A stretch of 42,366 nt of DNA from a virus (taxonomy: Duplodnaviria > Caudoviricetes), in IMG/VR virus record IMGVR_UViG_3300024981_000260, positions 1-42,366 of that record; one strand, given 5' to 3'. The translations under genes and the position numbers were made by a program. The notes beneath the pieces were generated by a model. That model had not been told where the DNA came from and did no database searches. It saw nothing but the letters and a program-made list of their open reading frames with translations. Of this stretch, positions 16,342-26,050 are shown piece after piece; position 1 is the stretch's first letter, and every line of letters begins with the position of its first letter.

Positions 16342-18360
16342 ATGCCAAATTTTATTCAAGCTCTAAAAGGTATTTTCCAAAAACTTAACCTTACTGATAA
16401 GGCTGAATCTGATCAGTTGTCGGATGATGATTGGAAAAATATAGCCCAGGAATACAATACGCAAAATCCTGGATGTGATTTTAATACTGATCTCAAAGCA
16501 GTATTAAAAGAAAAGAATGATGCCAAGGCGAAAGAAGAAGAGCAAAAAAAGCAAATACTTGCTATTGCAAACAGGGTAATGCCTGAGTCTTCTTCTGATA
16601 GTGGCGATAACCCTCAATCTGAAAATGAAGGATCTCCAAAACCTTCAGACAATATCGACCCGGTTGCTATCGTTGAGAAAATGGCTATAGCTATCGAGGG
16701 TTTAGCCGCTAAGGCAAACAGAGATAAGCCCGAAGATGAAATTAAGCCTTCTCTGAATATCAATGGTCCCGGAACCGACAAAACGCATTTCCTGGGTATT
16801 GCACACCCGATGTTCTCCCTAGAGAAACGTTGGAACAAAATTGCAGCCAATCCTTCGTATGCTATACAGAATCCTGATCCTTCAAAACAGGAAATAGAAG
16901 CGTGTACACAAGAGTTCGAAACGTACGGCGATAGCTTGAAGAAACGTTATGCGTATCTCAAGAACAATAATATGTTGAACGCTGAACGCTTGATGACGTT
17001 CACCAACGATTATTCAGGTCTCGATCCAGCCAATCTTCCCGATTTTTATTTAGTGCGCCGTCAGGATGCTCTCATCGCTCGCCTGATTACCATGTATAAT
17101 ATTTACGACGTGTTCCCTCGCCGTTATGGCATCCAGGATCGCGAAGTAATGTTCTCGGCTTTCTTCGATGCTGTTTCTCAAGCTTGGCAAGAAGGTGAGA
17201 TCTATAAAGGTAAAATGGAACTTCAACCTGAACTAGCGTATGTAGATGACGCGATGATCAAGTTGAAATTCAAACCGATGAAAGAGATCGAACGGATGTA
17301 TATCGGTTACTTGAATACTGAGGGTTCAGATCCTATGAAGTGGTCTTTGATCGAGTGGCAGATACTTAACGTGATGACTCAGGCTATCAGCGAACAAAAC
17401 CATCGTCGTATCATGGGTATATACGTTGCTCCCGAAACAGGTAAAGCCGGTCACTACCTAAACTCTTCTACAGGTATTGTATATAGCCTTATCCGCTATG
17501 CACATGAGTTTAAATTGAAACTTCACGATGATGATTCTTATATGGCATATGACGAAAGCACATTCCTTGAAACCGTTCAGGATATGCTTGAAGATATCAA
17601 ACTTGCCATTACCGAAGACTATACGGTTCCTTTCAATAAGCTTGTTGTTATCCTGAACGACAATCACAAACTTTGGTGGAAAAAGAACTGTCGTGCCAAA
17701 TACGGAAAGGATCTTGACTTTACAGGACCTGACAGTATGATGGCGAAAGTTCCGGATATCGATACACCTATCGTTTGGTTACCGAACTTAGGTACTTTGC
17801 CGTTGATTTTGGTACAAGAGCCTGGTAACTTACAGTGTATAGAATATATGCCGGGTGAAATGTTGGCTCTTCAGTTTGAGCGCGCAATGGAAACATACAA
17901 GGCCTGGTCTGTATGGAAAGAAGGAACTGCCGCTTCTTTTGTAGGTATGAAGTTTAATTCTAAGACCGACTTGGATAATAACAAATTCCTGCGTCAACGC
18001 ATATTTATGAATAAGCCGGCTGCTTTTGTTGCTGCCGATGCTACGACTATAGATGGTGCAACAGGGTTCTGGTTTGTTACGCAGGCTAATACAGCAGCTA
18101 AAGCGCTCACTGATATTTCTAATGCACGTTTGGGTGTTGGTTATAAGTTTGAGTGTGGAAGTCTTACAAATGCTACTACAATAGCTAAGTCAGGCAAATT
18201 CTCTGAAATTACGGCTGCGTATACACCTACCGCTGTAGGCGATTATATAATGCTTGTTCTGAATGCAGATAAAACAAAATTCTTAGAACTCGAACGTATG
18301 GTCGGTGGTACTCGCACGATAAATGCGGTACTGCAACCGAATGTTCCGGGTGTACGATAA
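16342..18360 (+). CDS. Major capsid protein (with N-terminal scaffold-like region and C-terminal beta domain)
   Basis: 672 aa after the protease, charged helical N-terminus, followed by a strong terminator. Confidence 0.72.
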   Translation: MPNFIQALKGIFQKLNLTDKAESDQLSDDDWKNIAQEYNTQNPGCDFNTDLKAVLKEKNDAKAKEEEQKKQILAIANRVMPESSSDSGDNPQSENEGSPKPSDNIDPVAIVEKMAIAIEGLAAKANRDKPEDEIKPSLNINGPGTDKTHFLGIAHPMFSLEKRWNKIAANPSYAIQNPDPSKQEIEACTQEFETYGDSLKKRYAYLKNNNMLNAERLMTFTNDYSGLDPANLPDFYLVRRQDALIARLITMYNIYDVFPRRYGIQDREVMFSAFFDAVSQAWQEGEIYKGKMELQPELAYVDDAMIKLKFKPMKEIERMYIGYLNTEGSDPMKWSLIEWQILNVMTQAISEQNHRRIMGIYVAPETGKAGHYLNSSTGIVYSLIRYAHEFKLKLHDDDSYMAYDESTFLETVQDMLEDIKLAITEDYTVPFNKLVVILNDNHKLWWKKNCRAKYGKDLDFTGPDSMMAKVPDIDTPIVWLPNLGTLPLILVQEPGNLQCIEYMPGEMLALQFERAMETYKAWSVWKEGTAASFVGMKFNSKTDLDNNKFLRQRIFMNKPAAFVAADATTIDGATGFWFVTQANTAAKALTDISNARLGVGYKFECGSLTNATTIAKSGKFSEITAAYTPTAVGDYIMLVLNADKTKFLELERMVGGTRTINAVLQPNVPGVR

Positions 18361-18370
18361 TCGAAGATGA

Positions 18371-18399
18371 AAGCTTGGAGGCTTCGGCCTCCTGCTTTT
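18371..18399 (+). terminator. Terminator after capsid gene
   Basis: GGAGGC-TTCG-GCCTCC then TGCTTTT. Confidence 0.8.
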
Positions 18400-18437
18400 A
18401 TTCCATAACGAAACAATATTTCATAAAATATTTATCT

Positions 18438-19445
18438 ATGAGACAATTTAATTTAGATAGTCACATGTCTTATGTGACCAAAAAAGAAAAAGCAAGGAAA
18501 GCATCTTTATTTAAGTCTGCAATCTTGATGATAGGACTTCTTTTTGGATTACTTGCTGCTTATGGCGCATTTTCTGAACCCGAAAATGCCGTAAAAAATG
18601 TAATTGTTACAGCCGGAACAGGATCTTTGGCAATGTGTGCTATGGTATCTATTAACGATGTTAGCGACCGGCATACATCTCCTAATGCGATAGGACATAA
18701 AGTATGGCTTATACCCGTATCCGATATTGACGATACTGTTCCATTCCCTACTATGAATGTAAATAGAGAGGTCACGACTATACCGATGAAGTCCGGTAAG
18801 TTTATGCACTATTTCGAGGCACATACAATCCCTACATTTTTAGGTAATGGTACCAAAGAGGCTAACGCTATTACAATTACCGGAACGAATACGTTTACGC
18901 TTGTTATGGGTGGTAATCGTGCCGAGCTTCTTAATTTTATTGAAGAATATGCCGGAACCAAGTTTGTTATTATATATCAGGAATGTGAAAGCGGAATTAT
19001 GCAAGGTATAGGTAATCCTTGTAAGGCTGTAACGCTAAGTACATACGATAATAAAAATGATGCTGAAAGCAGATCTGTTACATTTACGTTTACCCAACAG
19101 ACAATACAGCAACCTTGGACTTATATCGGTGATATCATTCGTCAAAATCCAATTACGCTTACTGCGGGAGCTACCACTTTGGCTATCGTTGCAGGAAACA
19201 ATCGATATATTTTACCAAATGGCACTTCCGCTACATATGCGATATCTGCTATATCGGGTATTACGGTAGCCGATATAGGGCGTATTATTACCCTGATTGG
19301 TGACGGAACTACAAATGCGGCTACTGTAGCCGATGGTGATCCTTTCTTGCTTGTCGATGGCGCTACATGGACAGCCTCTAAAACGAAAGAGCTGTATCTG
19401 AAAGTGTTTGACGCTAATACCCTTATAGAGGTTGGTCGAATATAA
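18438..19445 (+). CDS. Structural protein (tail-tube-like candidate) with N-terminal hydrophobic leader
   Basis: ATG 18438 downstream of the terminator (track start 18375 lies inside the hairpin); Thr/Gly/Ala-rich beta protein. Confidence 0.6.
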   Translation: MRQFNLDSHMSYVTKKEKARKASLFKSAILMIGLLFGLLAAYGAFSEPENAVKNVIVTAGTGSLAMCAMVSINDVSDRHTSPNAIGHKVWLIPVSDIDDTVPFPTMNVNREVTTIPMKSGKFMHYFEAHTIPTFLGNGTKEANAITITGTNTFTLVMGGNRAELLNFIEEYAGTKFVIIYQECESGIMQGIGNPCKAVTLSTYDNKNDAESRSVTFTFTQQTIQQPWTYIGDIIRQNPITLTAGATTLAIVAGNNRYILPNGTSATYAISAISGITVADIGRIITLIGDGTTNAATVADGDPFLLVDGATWTASKTKELYLKVFDANTLIEVGRI

Positions 19446-19457
19446 AAACATTTAATT

Positions 19458-20231
19458 ATGCCTTTAAATAGAGAAAAAAGAGGTCATTACAACCAATTGC
19501 GAGCTGCTTCCCACCTGGAAGCAGACCTCGCATTGTTGGCAAGTATCGACCCTAAAAACGAATTACTTGTCAAGCCTTCAGGTAAAGAACAGAAATATGC
19601 TGACAATGTATTGTATGAGTTGCTGACGCTAACGTCAAATACTGATATTATAGCTTTCCGTAGAAAATTTGCAAAGGAAAAACTTCAAAAATCACAGGAA
19701 GAGATCTTGCAAAAACGCTTTGCTGATTATATTAAAAAAGCAGATCCGAAAAAGAGTATAGATATTCAAGAGTTTATCAAAATTATATCTGCCGGTCTGT
19801 TTTTGTTAGTTGCTACACTCGATTGGCCTGTAGATGAAGATGTTTTCCCTTCCGAAATTGAGTTAGTTGCAGTTGATAGCGAAAAATATCATGTAAAATT
19901 AACAACCGAGGCTGTTTCTGCTCGTGAAAATGCAAAAAAAGAGAAGGAAGAAGCTGAAGCTGCTGCTGAAGCTAATAAAAAAGCAAAAGAAGAAGCTGTT
20001 AAGACGAATCTATCAGAAGAGCTAGAAGAAAAGCAGTCGGAACTCGAAGAAAAAGAAGACGAGTTACTTAGCAAAGAATCAGACTTGGATGACAAGGAAA
20101 CTGAACTGTCCGAGAAAGAAGACCTGTTGAATGAAAAGGAGGCCGAATTGGCAGTTAAAGAAACTGATCTGAACAATAAGGCTACCGTTGAAAAAAAAAG
20201 CGTCTCAAAGAAGAAGAATACCCGAAAATAA
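19458..20231 (+). CDS. Acidic coiled-coil protein; upstream frame of probable -1 frameshift pair
   Basis: Heptad repeats ELEEKQS/ELEEKED/ELLSKES...; A9 run at 20191-20199. Confidence 0.75.
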   Translation: MPLNREKRGHYNQLRAASHLEADLALLASIDPKNELLVKPSGKEQKYADNVLYELLTLTSNTDIIAFRRKFAKEKLQKSQEEILQKRFADYIKKADPKKSIDIQEFIKIISAGLFLLVATLDWPVDEDVFPSEIELVAVDSEKYHVKLTTEAVSARENAKKEKEEAEAAAEANKKAKEEAVKTNLSEELEEKQSELEEKEDELLSKESDLDDKETELSEKEDLLNEKEAELAVKETDLNNKATVEKKSVSKKKNTRK

Positions 20232-20680
20232 AGTGGTATAACTATCTTGACGATGACATTAAAACGGCTACGCTTATTTATTCAGATCGAATAAATACGC
20301 ACAATCAGATGAAGGTTCTTGATGCACTGCTCGATAAAAAGCCGACTGAAAAGGCTGTAAAAGATTTGGCAGAATTACGCATCAGGAATCTTCTTTGTTT
20401 TCGGGAACTCCAATCTTTCAACGATACAGGAAAATGGCTTCAGAAACACCCGCTGATTATGCACCGCAGTGTTTATTCACGCCTCGAAGAAATTTTTATA
20501 CTCAATCATACCAAGTTTATGGACGAATACAAGCTTTGTTGCGCCAATATTGCACGATATGAATCTTATCTACGCAGCGATAAACGCATCGATAGACTTG
20601 ATACGGATAAAGCTCTTCTGCAAAAGCACACCGAAACGAAAGCCGTATTTGAATCTGTAATAGAAAACAATAAGCTATGA
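20192..20680 (+). CDS. Downstream (-1) frame of the frameshift pair (track ORF 20309-20680 extended)
   Basis: Frame is open from 20192, bounded upstream by TGA 20189-20191. Confidence 0.65.
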   Translation, partial: KKKRLKEEEYPKIKWYNYLDDDIKTATLIYSDRINTHNQMKVLDALLDKKPTEKAVKDLAELRIRNLLCFRELQSFNDTGKWLQKHPLIMHRSVYSRLEEIFILNHTKFMDEYKLCCANIARYESYLRSDKRIDRLDTDKALLQKHTETKAVFESVIENNKL

Positions 20681-21318
20681 CGCATTTCGAAATATTATCA
20701 AAACTCGATCCGGCTATAATTGCTCATTTTCTCGAAACGGGAAACTCAGAAGGTATTCCTCCTGAGACACAGCAATGGTTACAGGAAATATCTATGGCTT
20801 ATGAGGAATACGATAAAGATCGTAATATCTCAAGTGCTGCAAGAAGTTTAATGAAGCGCATAGCTGCTAAGTTTGGTAAGAAACCTTCTTTTCGAACATG
20901 TCAAGAGCGTATTTATGCTGCCTTAGAGTATTTCCATGTTGACAATATAGTTTCAGATAAAGTTTGGTATATCGATTTTGCGAATAAATATGAAGATGAT
21001 GCAAAAGCAGCTATTGAGGCCGAAGATTTCAAATCTGCATATCTCTTTCGTAAAGCTGCCGAAGAATGCCGTGAAAAATCAAGTATTGCAGCAAGTTTAA
21101 ATACTGGTTTTGTTCCTGTGTTACTTTTATCTCCGGATATTTCTCTTGTTGATTATGGATTTGAATCAAAATCTATGAAAGAAATTGCGCGAAAAAACAA
21201 TGAAGGTTTTTATATAAAACATATTGATTCATTGCCTATAGATGAAATAGAAAAGAAGAGACTTCGTAGAGATGCGGACTTGCCTGAAACACCTTACGAA
21301 GAAATTGAAAGCGATTAA
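20677..21318 (+). CDS. Putative terminase small subunit
   Basis: Helical 213-aa protein immediately upstream of terL; position-based. Confidence 0.55.
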   Translation: MTHFEILSKLDPAIIAHFLETGNSEGIPPETQQWLQEISMAYEEYDKDRNISSAARSLMKRIAAKFGKKPSFRTCQERIYAALEYFHVDNIVSDKVWYIDFANKYEDDAKAAIEAEDFKSAYLFRKAAEECREKSSIAASLNTGFVPVLLLSPDISLVDYGFESKSMKEIARKNNEGFYIKHIDSLPIDEIEKKRLRRDADLPETPYEEIESD

Positions 21319-21321
21319 ATT

Positions 21322-23085
21322 ATGATTGAGAATGAACAATACGAATGGGCTCAAGATTACTATATGAATATGGCACAAATGCGTGCCGCTCTTATTGATC
21401 CCAATGTTTTAATAGCAGAAATTGCTCGTGGTGGTGGTAAGACTGAAGGAATAACAGGGCCTCGTATATTGCGAGTTGCAGATGCTATGCCTCGAGAGTT
21501 AGCTTTTCTTGTGCACAATACGTACGCAGCTCTATTGACTAATATTGTGCCTAACCTTATTTCTTATTTTAATAAAACTATATGTGCAGGACAACGATGT
21601 ATTCTTGAAGATGGTGTTGATTATGTTATTGGAACATCTAAATTACCAAAACATTTTTCACGCCCACGTTACCCTGTTCTTAATGCCCGTCATTCTATTG
21701 TTTTTCGTAATGGTTTTAACTTACAATTGGTCTCTTCTGATCAGCCTGACTCTGTAGCCGGGCGCTCTGGTGTGCATGCTTTTATTGAAGAAATGAAGCA
21801 CAATAAGGGTGAAAAACTAAAAACAAGGCTTTTTCCTGCCCTTCGTGGTAGCGACAATCGTGATGTTCGCAACCATCATTTATACCAAGGTATAACGGGG
21901 GTATCCGATACGGCTCGTGTCGATCTGGGTGAAGATAACTGGTATGAGGAATATGAAACCAATATGGATATGAATCTTATAAATGAAATTGCTTCTGTGG
22001 CTAAACCTGTTAATGATGCAATGGTTATAAAAATGCATTTCGATTGGATGCAGAATGAAGTAAAATCTAAGCGTCGCGAAATGTCAGAACTTACACCTTT
22101 ATACCCTAGATATGAAAAAGCTATAAAAACATTGCATCTTTGGGAAGGTCGTCTTCGTGATATGCGTAAAAAGGCTTCATTTTACATTCGTGCATCCTCT
22201 TTGGTAAATAAAAATTTTTTAGGTCAGGGATTCTTCAAACAACAATTAGAATTGATGGATATGGAAGAGTTTCTAACGGCTATTTGTGCCATACGTATAC
22301 GTGCTGTTGTAGATCGTTTCTTTGCAAACTATGTTCCAAAAGTTCATCAGTTTAGTGATAGTTACAAAAACGATATGTTACTAAAGGTTGATCTCATGGG
22401 AGGGTTTCGTATCACTGCGGGATATCTAAAATATTATAATCCGGACGATGAATTGTTGCTAGGATACGACCCCGGTAAATTTCAAAGCCTAACAGTATCA
22501 CAAGAACGTAATTTCGGACATGAGGTACGTACGATAAAAGAATTCACTTGCTATTCTCCTGCCGATCAAACACACCTGGCGCTCGACTTTTATGATTTCT
22601 TTGGTGATGACGCCCGCAACAAACGAATTAAACTATATTATGACCGTGCCGGTAATAAAACAAAAGAAGAGCTCGAACAAATAACTACAGATGCCAGGCT
22701 GTTAAAAGCAGAACTGGAGCGATACGGTTTTTATGTAGAGCTTATGAACGAGGGTCAGCCAACTATATACTATTGGCAGCAAAAGAAACTACTCGATTAT
22801 ATATTCAGTAATAAATTTGCAGCTTTTCCACGTCCTTATATTTGCGAAAATCAGTGTCCTAATCTATGTTCGTCTATTCTGCTTAGCCCTATGAAGAAGA
22901 GCGCAGATGGAAAAATAGAACTCGATAAGTCTTCCGAGAAAAAAGTTCCTATGAAGTTGCAGGCTGGTAGATCTACTCAGTTACCATCAGCTCTTATTTA
23001 CTTCTATTATGGGCGCTATGGGCACTTATTACCGTCCGAATTTAGCTCAATACCTGATAATTTACCTGAAAACACGATAATGTAG
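21322..23085 (+). CDS. terL: Terminase large subunit
   Basis: Walker A IARGGGKT, Walker B AFIEE, nuclease-like LGYDPG. Confidence 0.85.
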   Translation: MIENEQYEWAQDYYMNMAQMRAALIDPNVLIAEIARGGGKTEGITGPRILRVADAMPRELAFLVHNTYAALLTNIVPNLISYFNKTICAGQRCILEDGVDYVIGTSKLPKHFSRPRYPVLNARHSIVFRNGFNLQLVSSDQPDSVAGRSGVHAFIEEMKHNKGEKLKTRLFPALRGSDNRDVRNHHLYQGITGVSDTARVDLGEDNWYEEYETNMDMNLINEIASVAKPVNDAMVIKMHFDWMQNEVKSKRREMSELTPLYPRYEKAIKTLHLWEGRLRDMRKKASFYIRASSLVNKNFLGQGFFKQQLELMDMEEFLTAICAIRIRAVVDRFFANYVPKVHQFSDSYKNDMLLKVDLMGGFRITAGYLKYYNPDDELLLGYDPGKFQSLTVSQERNFGHEVRTIKEFTCYSPADQTHLALDFYDFFGDDARNKRIKLYYDRAGNKTKEELEQITTDARLLKAELERYGFYVELMNEGQPTIYYWQQKKLLDYIFSNKFAAFPRPYICENQCPNLCSSILLSPMKKSADGKIELDKSSEKKVPMKLQAGRSTQLPSALIYFYYGRYGHLLPSEFSSIPDNLPENTIM

Positions 23086-23518
23086 CCTGTTTTTCATTAT
23101 AAAATATTGTTTTCGTACCATAAAGTAGGGGGCTGTTTACATCGGTTCAAATATTAAATGTTTGAAGATCAATCCTATTTTTGAAAAATAAAAAAAATAA
23201 AAATTTTTACACGAAAGAAAATAGCCGCGAACGCTGACTTGTCGTCGTGCAATTCAAGAGGGGTTTTGGTCGGGAAATGTGATATTAAGTTAAAATTAAC
23301 ATTATTGTTAAAAATTGATCGTTTTTAACATTTCTAGTTTTTTTCATTAAAAAACAAGGCCCTATATATAGGTGGCTTTACCATTTTTTTTTGAAGTCGG
23401 GTGCCTATCGTTGGTTATGTTAGGACGGTGAACGTGTAGATGTGTATAAACCAGGGTATATACTATAGGATGGATATTAATTATTTTATACATTTACAAA
23501 AACTTAAATAAAAAGACT

Positions 23519-24052
23519 ATGAGAAGATTGTTATTTGTATTGTTGGTTTTCTTTCCTATTCTTATGTGTGCACAAAAGATCGATAAAAACGAGATAGACG
23601 AATTTACCGGGGTTAAAACAATTTACACTAACTGGGAAAAGTTTAAGACTGGTAATGGTCTCACAGGTAAGGATAATTTAATGTTTCGATTTATAAGCCT
23701 GGACGGCGTGGAAACCTTCCATTTGAAGTGGGTAACATGTGAAATGTTATCTATTAAAGAAGGGTCGAAGCTAATGTTTAAAATGTCCGATAATTCTATT
23801 ATAACACTTACATCAATTAGTTATGCTATTGCTGCCAAAGGTGATGGCGTTACCGGTTTATCTATGAGTGGGATACTAGGTATTAGTTGTATATACGATG
23901 GTAGTGATATCGAAGCATTTGCTAAAGATAGCTATTTGACTAAGCTAAGGATATACACCACTGATGGATATGTAGATATAGATATAAAAGAGAAAGATGC
24001 ACAGAAGATCAATAGGGCATATAAACTAATGAAAGAAGCTCCTAATAAATAA
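23519..24052 (+). CDS. Secreted/periplasmic protein (moron)
   Basis: Sec signal MRRLLFVLLVFFPILMCA-Q; DEFTG motif. Confidence 0.75.
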   Translation: MRRLLFVLLVFFPILMCAQKIDKNEIDEFTGVKTIYTNWEKFKTGNGLTGKDNLMFRFISLDGVETFHLKWVTCEMLSIKEGSKLMFKMSDNSIITLTSISYAIAAKGDGVTGLSMSGILGISCIYDGSDIEAFAKDSYLTKLRIYTTDGYVDIDIKEKDAQKINRAYKLMKEAPNK

Positions 24053-24070
24053 TAAATTATAATAAATACC

Positions 24071-24271
24071 ATGAAAAAATTATTATCAATACTATTAGTA
24101 CTCTTATTTGTTTCTTGTGCCCCTGGTAGTTCTGATTATGATTATAACGGATCTTCTGGCTGCGGTACATATAATGGTCATAGTTTGTATAAAGGATCTA
24201 AAGGGGGATGTTATTATTATAACAGCAAAGGAAATAAAGTGTATGTAGATCGCTCTCTTTGTAAATGTTGA
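24071..24271 (+). CDS. Small lipoprotein with PBCV basic-adaptor-like motif
   Basis: Lipobox LFVSC; LYKGSKGGCYYYNSKGNKVYV. Confidence 0.75.
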   Translation: MKKLLSILLVLLFVSCAPGSSDYDYNGSSGCGTYNGHSLYKGSKGGCYYYNSKGNKVYVDRSLCKC

Positions 24272-24297
24272 AGTTTTATTGAAAAGTATAAAATACT

Positions 24298-24651
24298 ATG
24301 GGATTTTCTTATCGAAAACGGGTAAAACTTATGCCTGGTGTTAATATTAATCTAAGCAAAAAAGGTGCTAGTGTAACTGTCGGTATCCGAGGTGCTAGTG
24401 TGAATATTGGAAAGTCCGGAATATATCAAAATTTAGGTATTCCGGGTACTGGTATATATTCGAGAGAAAAAATATCAGGGAATGATTCCGTTAAATCGGA
24501 TCAAAGTACATTAAAAACCAAAGAAGCTAAAAGGCCTGTATCTGAAAAGAGATATAAAAAAGATTATTCTTCTGTTTATTTATCTGTGCTATACGTACTT
24601 GTTATTATTCTTGTTATAGGTATTATCATAAGCTATACAGTTAACAACTAA
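24298..24651 (+). CDS. DUF4236-like protein with C-terminal TM helix
   Basis: MGFSYRKRVKLMPGVNINLSKKG...GIPGTGIYSR. Confidence 0.8.
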   Translation: MGFSYRKRVKLMPGVNINLSKKGASVTVGIRGASVNIGKSGIYQNLGIPGTGIYSREKISGNDSVKSDQSTLKTKEAKRPVSEKRYKKDYSSVYLSVLYVLVIILVIGIIISYTVNN

Positions 24652-24670
24652 TGTTGTACAATGAAATATT

Positions 24671-25366
24671 TCATCTGTTTATATATACCAATAATATTAT
24701 GAACATGAAGAAAAAACTTAAAGTAATAACAATCTTAAATATTTTTTCTTTGTGGTTTTTTGCAACTTTCAATAATCTTTTATTTTGATCGTCTATTATT
24801 TGTAGATTTTTTGTTAATTTTTCGTTCTCTTTTTCGCAAATATCTAATTGGTCTGCTAGTTTTTTTAATTGGTCTGATATATTAGTTAATTCTTTTTCTA
24901 AGTTGTTGTTTGCTAAAAATAGATCAGAGACTTTACCTATTTCTATTTCTAGCTTAGCGCTAGCATCTATTTTACCGTTTATTAATTCTGATAATAAAGA
25001 TTCTTTTCTTTTTTCTAAATTGGATATTAATTTATCTTTTTTCTCTTTTTCTTCATTAAGAGAAATTAATTCTATTTTTAGTATATCTATAAATTCATTT
25101 ATTTGAGATTGATTTGAAAAGTTTGTGTCTACATATTCGAAGAAACCGTATCTTTTTATGTCGTATTTTAGTCTATTAATTCTATCTGTTAGAAAATTTT
25201 TAGCTTCTAAAATATCATTAATTCGAACTAGCTCACGCATGTTATCGTAATCTGTATACCCTATATTATAATTATAATGAGACTTTTTGATGTATTCAGC
25301 TAATATTTCATTTGTTGTAGTTTTCCGTGATATGTCTAATATAGAATAATAGTCTTTCATGTTCAC
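24671..25366 (-). CDS. Degenerate J-domain-like, coiled-coil, C-terminally anchored membrane protein
   Basis: KDYYSILDIS...EAKNFLTDRINRLKYD; lacks HPD; very AT-rich. Confidence 0.65.
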   Translation of the reverse strand: MNMKDYYSILDISRKTTTNEILAEYIKKSHYNYNIGYTDYDNMRELVRINDILEAKNFLTDRINRLKYDIKRYGFFEYVDTNFSNQSQINEFIDILKIELISLNEEKEKKDKLISNLEKRKESLLSELINGKIDASAKLEIEIGKVSDLFLANNNLEKELTNISDQLKKLADQLDICEKENEKLTKNLQIIDDQNKRLLKVAKNHKEKIFKIVITLSFFFMFIILLVYINR

Positions 25367-25390
25367 TTAAATTTTATGTGAAACTATGAA

Positions 25391-25684
25391 TTATTTCTTA
25401 TTATCCTCTATTTCAGCTAATATTTTTTTTATGTCTTCTATTGAATTTATTTCATAAGGTCTATTGTTGTATCGAACAATACCTATTATTTCCCCCTCTT
25501 TTGTTTTTGTGAATAATTCCGATATGTTGCAACCTATAGCATTCGCTATACGCTCTAATACTTCAACCGATGGATTGCCATTTATGTGCTGAGATAATCC
25601 AACCCGTGATATTCCCATCGTTTCAGCCACCTCATTAATTGATAGACCTTTTTCTTTTATTAGCTCCTTTATCCGTAAACCCAT
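25391..25684 (-). CDS. XRE/Cro-CI family HTH transcriptional regulator
   Basis: LRIKELIKEKGLSINEVAETMGISRVGLSQHINGNPSVEVLERIANAIG. Confidence 0.92.
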   Translation of the reverse strand: MGLRIKELIKEKGLSINEVAETMGISRVGLSQHINGNPSVEVLERIANAIGCNISELFTKTKEGEIIGIVRYNNRPYEINSIEDIKKILAEIEDNKK

Positions 25685-25707
25685 AGATATACATTGTTAA
25701 TACATTG

Positions 25708-25819
25708 CAAATTTACATAGTTATAGCTTTGTAAAGCTATAGGTTATCATAAATAATGTTAATGTAAAGCAAAAAGTATTCGTTTTATTTGTTTTTGAAA
25801 AGTGATAGCTTTACATTTG
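25708..25819. promoter_or_regulatory. Divergent Bacteroidota promoters with operator-like palindromes
   Basis: Leftward TAaaTTTG (25708-25715, minus strand); rightward TTTG 25788-25791 plus TAcaTTTG 25812-25819; palindrome TATAGCTTT-GT-AAAGCTATA 25722-25741. Confidence 0.8.
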
Positions 25820-25853
25820 TGTCATAATAATAAATCAATAAAAAATAAACATC

Positions 25854-26018
25854 ATGAAACGAATTCTTTTTTTAGTCGGTATCATCACTTTAGTCGCAGC
25901 TTTGTCTTCAATGATCTTTTCTATCGATTTCGGTATCGTAGAACAAAAGTCATTTATGGGATTACTAGCCGTATCGGCTATCTCTTTAGCTATCGCTAAC
26001 ATTATCAATAAAAAATAA
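25854..26018 (+). CDS. 54-aa two-TM membrane peptide (not in ORF track)
   Basis: MKRILFLVGIITLVAALSSMIFSIDFGIVEQKSFMGLLAVSAISLAIANIINKK; first ORF after the rightward promoter. Confidence 0.7.
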   Translation: MKRILFLVGIITLVAALSSMIFSIDFGIVEQKSFMGLLAVSAISLAIANIINKK

Positions 26019-26050
26019 ATAGTTCGAAAAATCAATAAAAATAAACAGAT

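Noticed and set aside
25802-26035. Track ORFs 25802-25999 (+) and 25835-26035 (-)
   Set aside because: The first starts inside the promoter; the 54-aa ORF 25854-26018 has a proper leader and a coherent two-TM sequence
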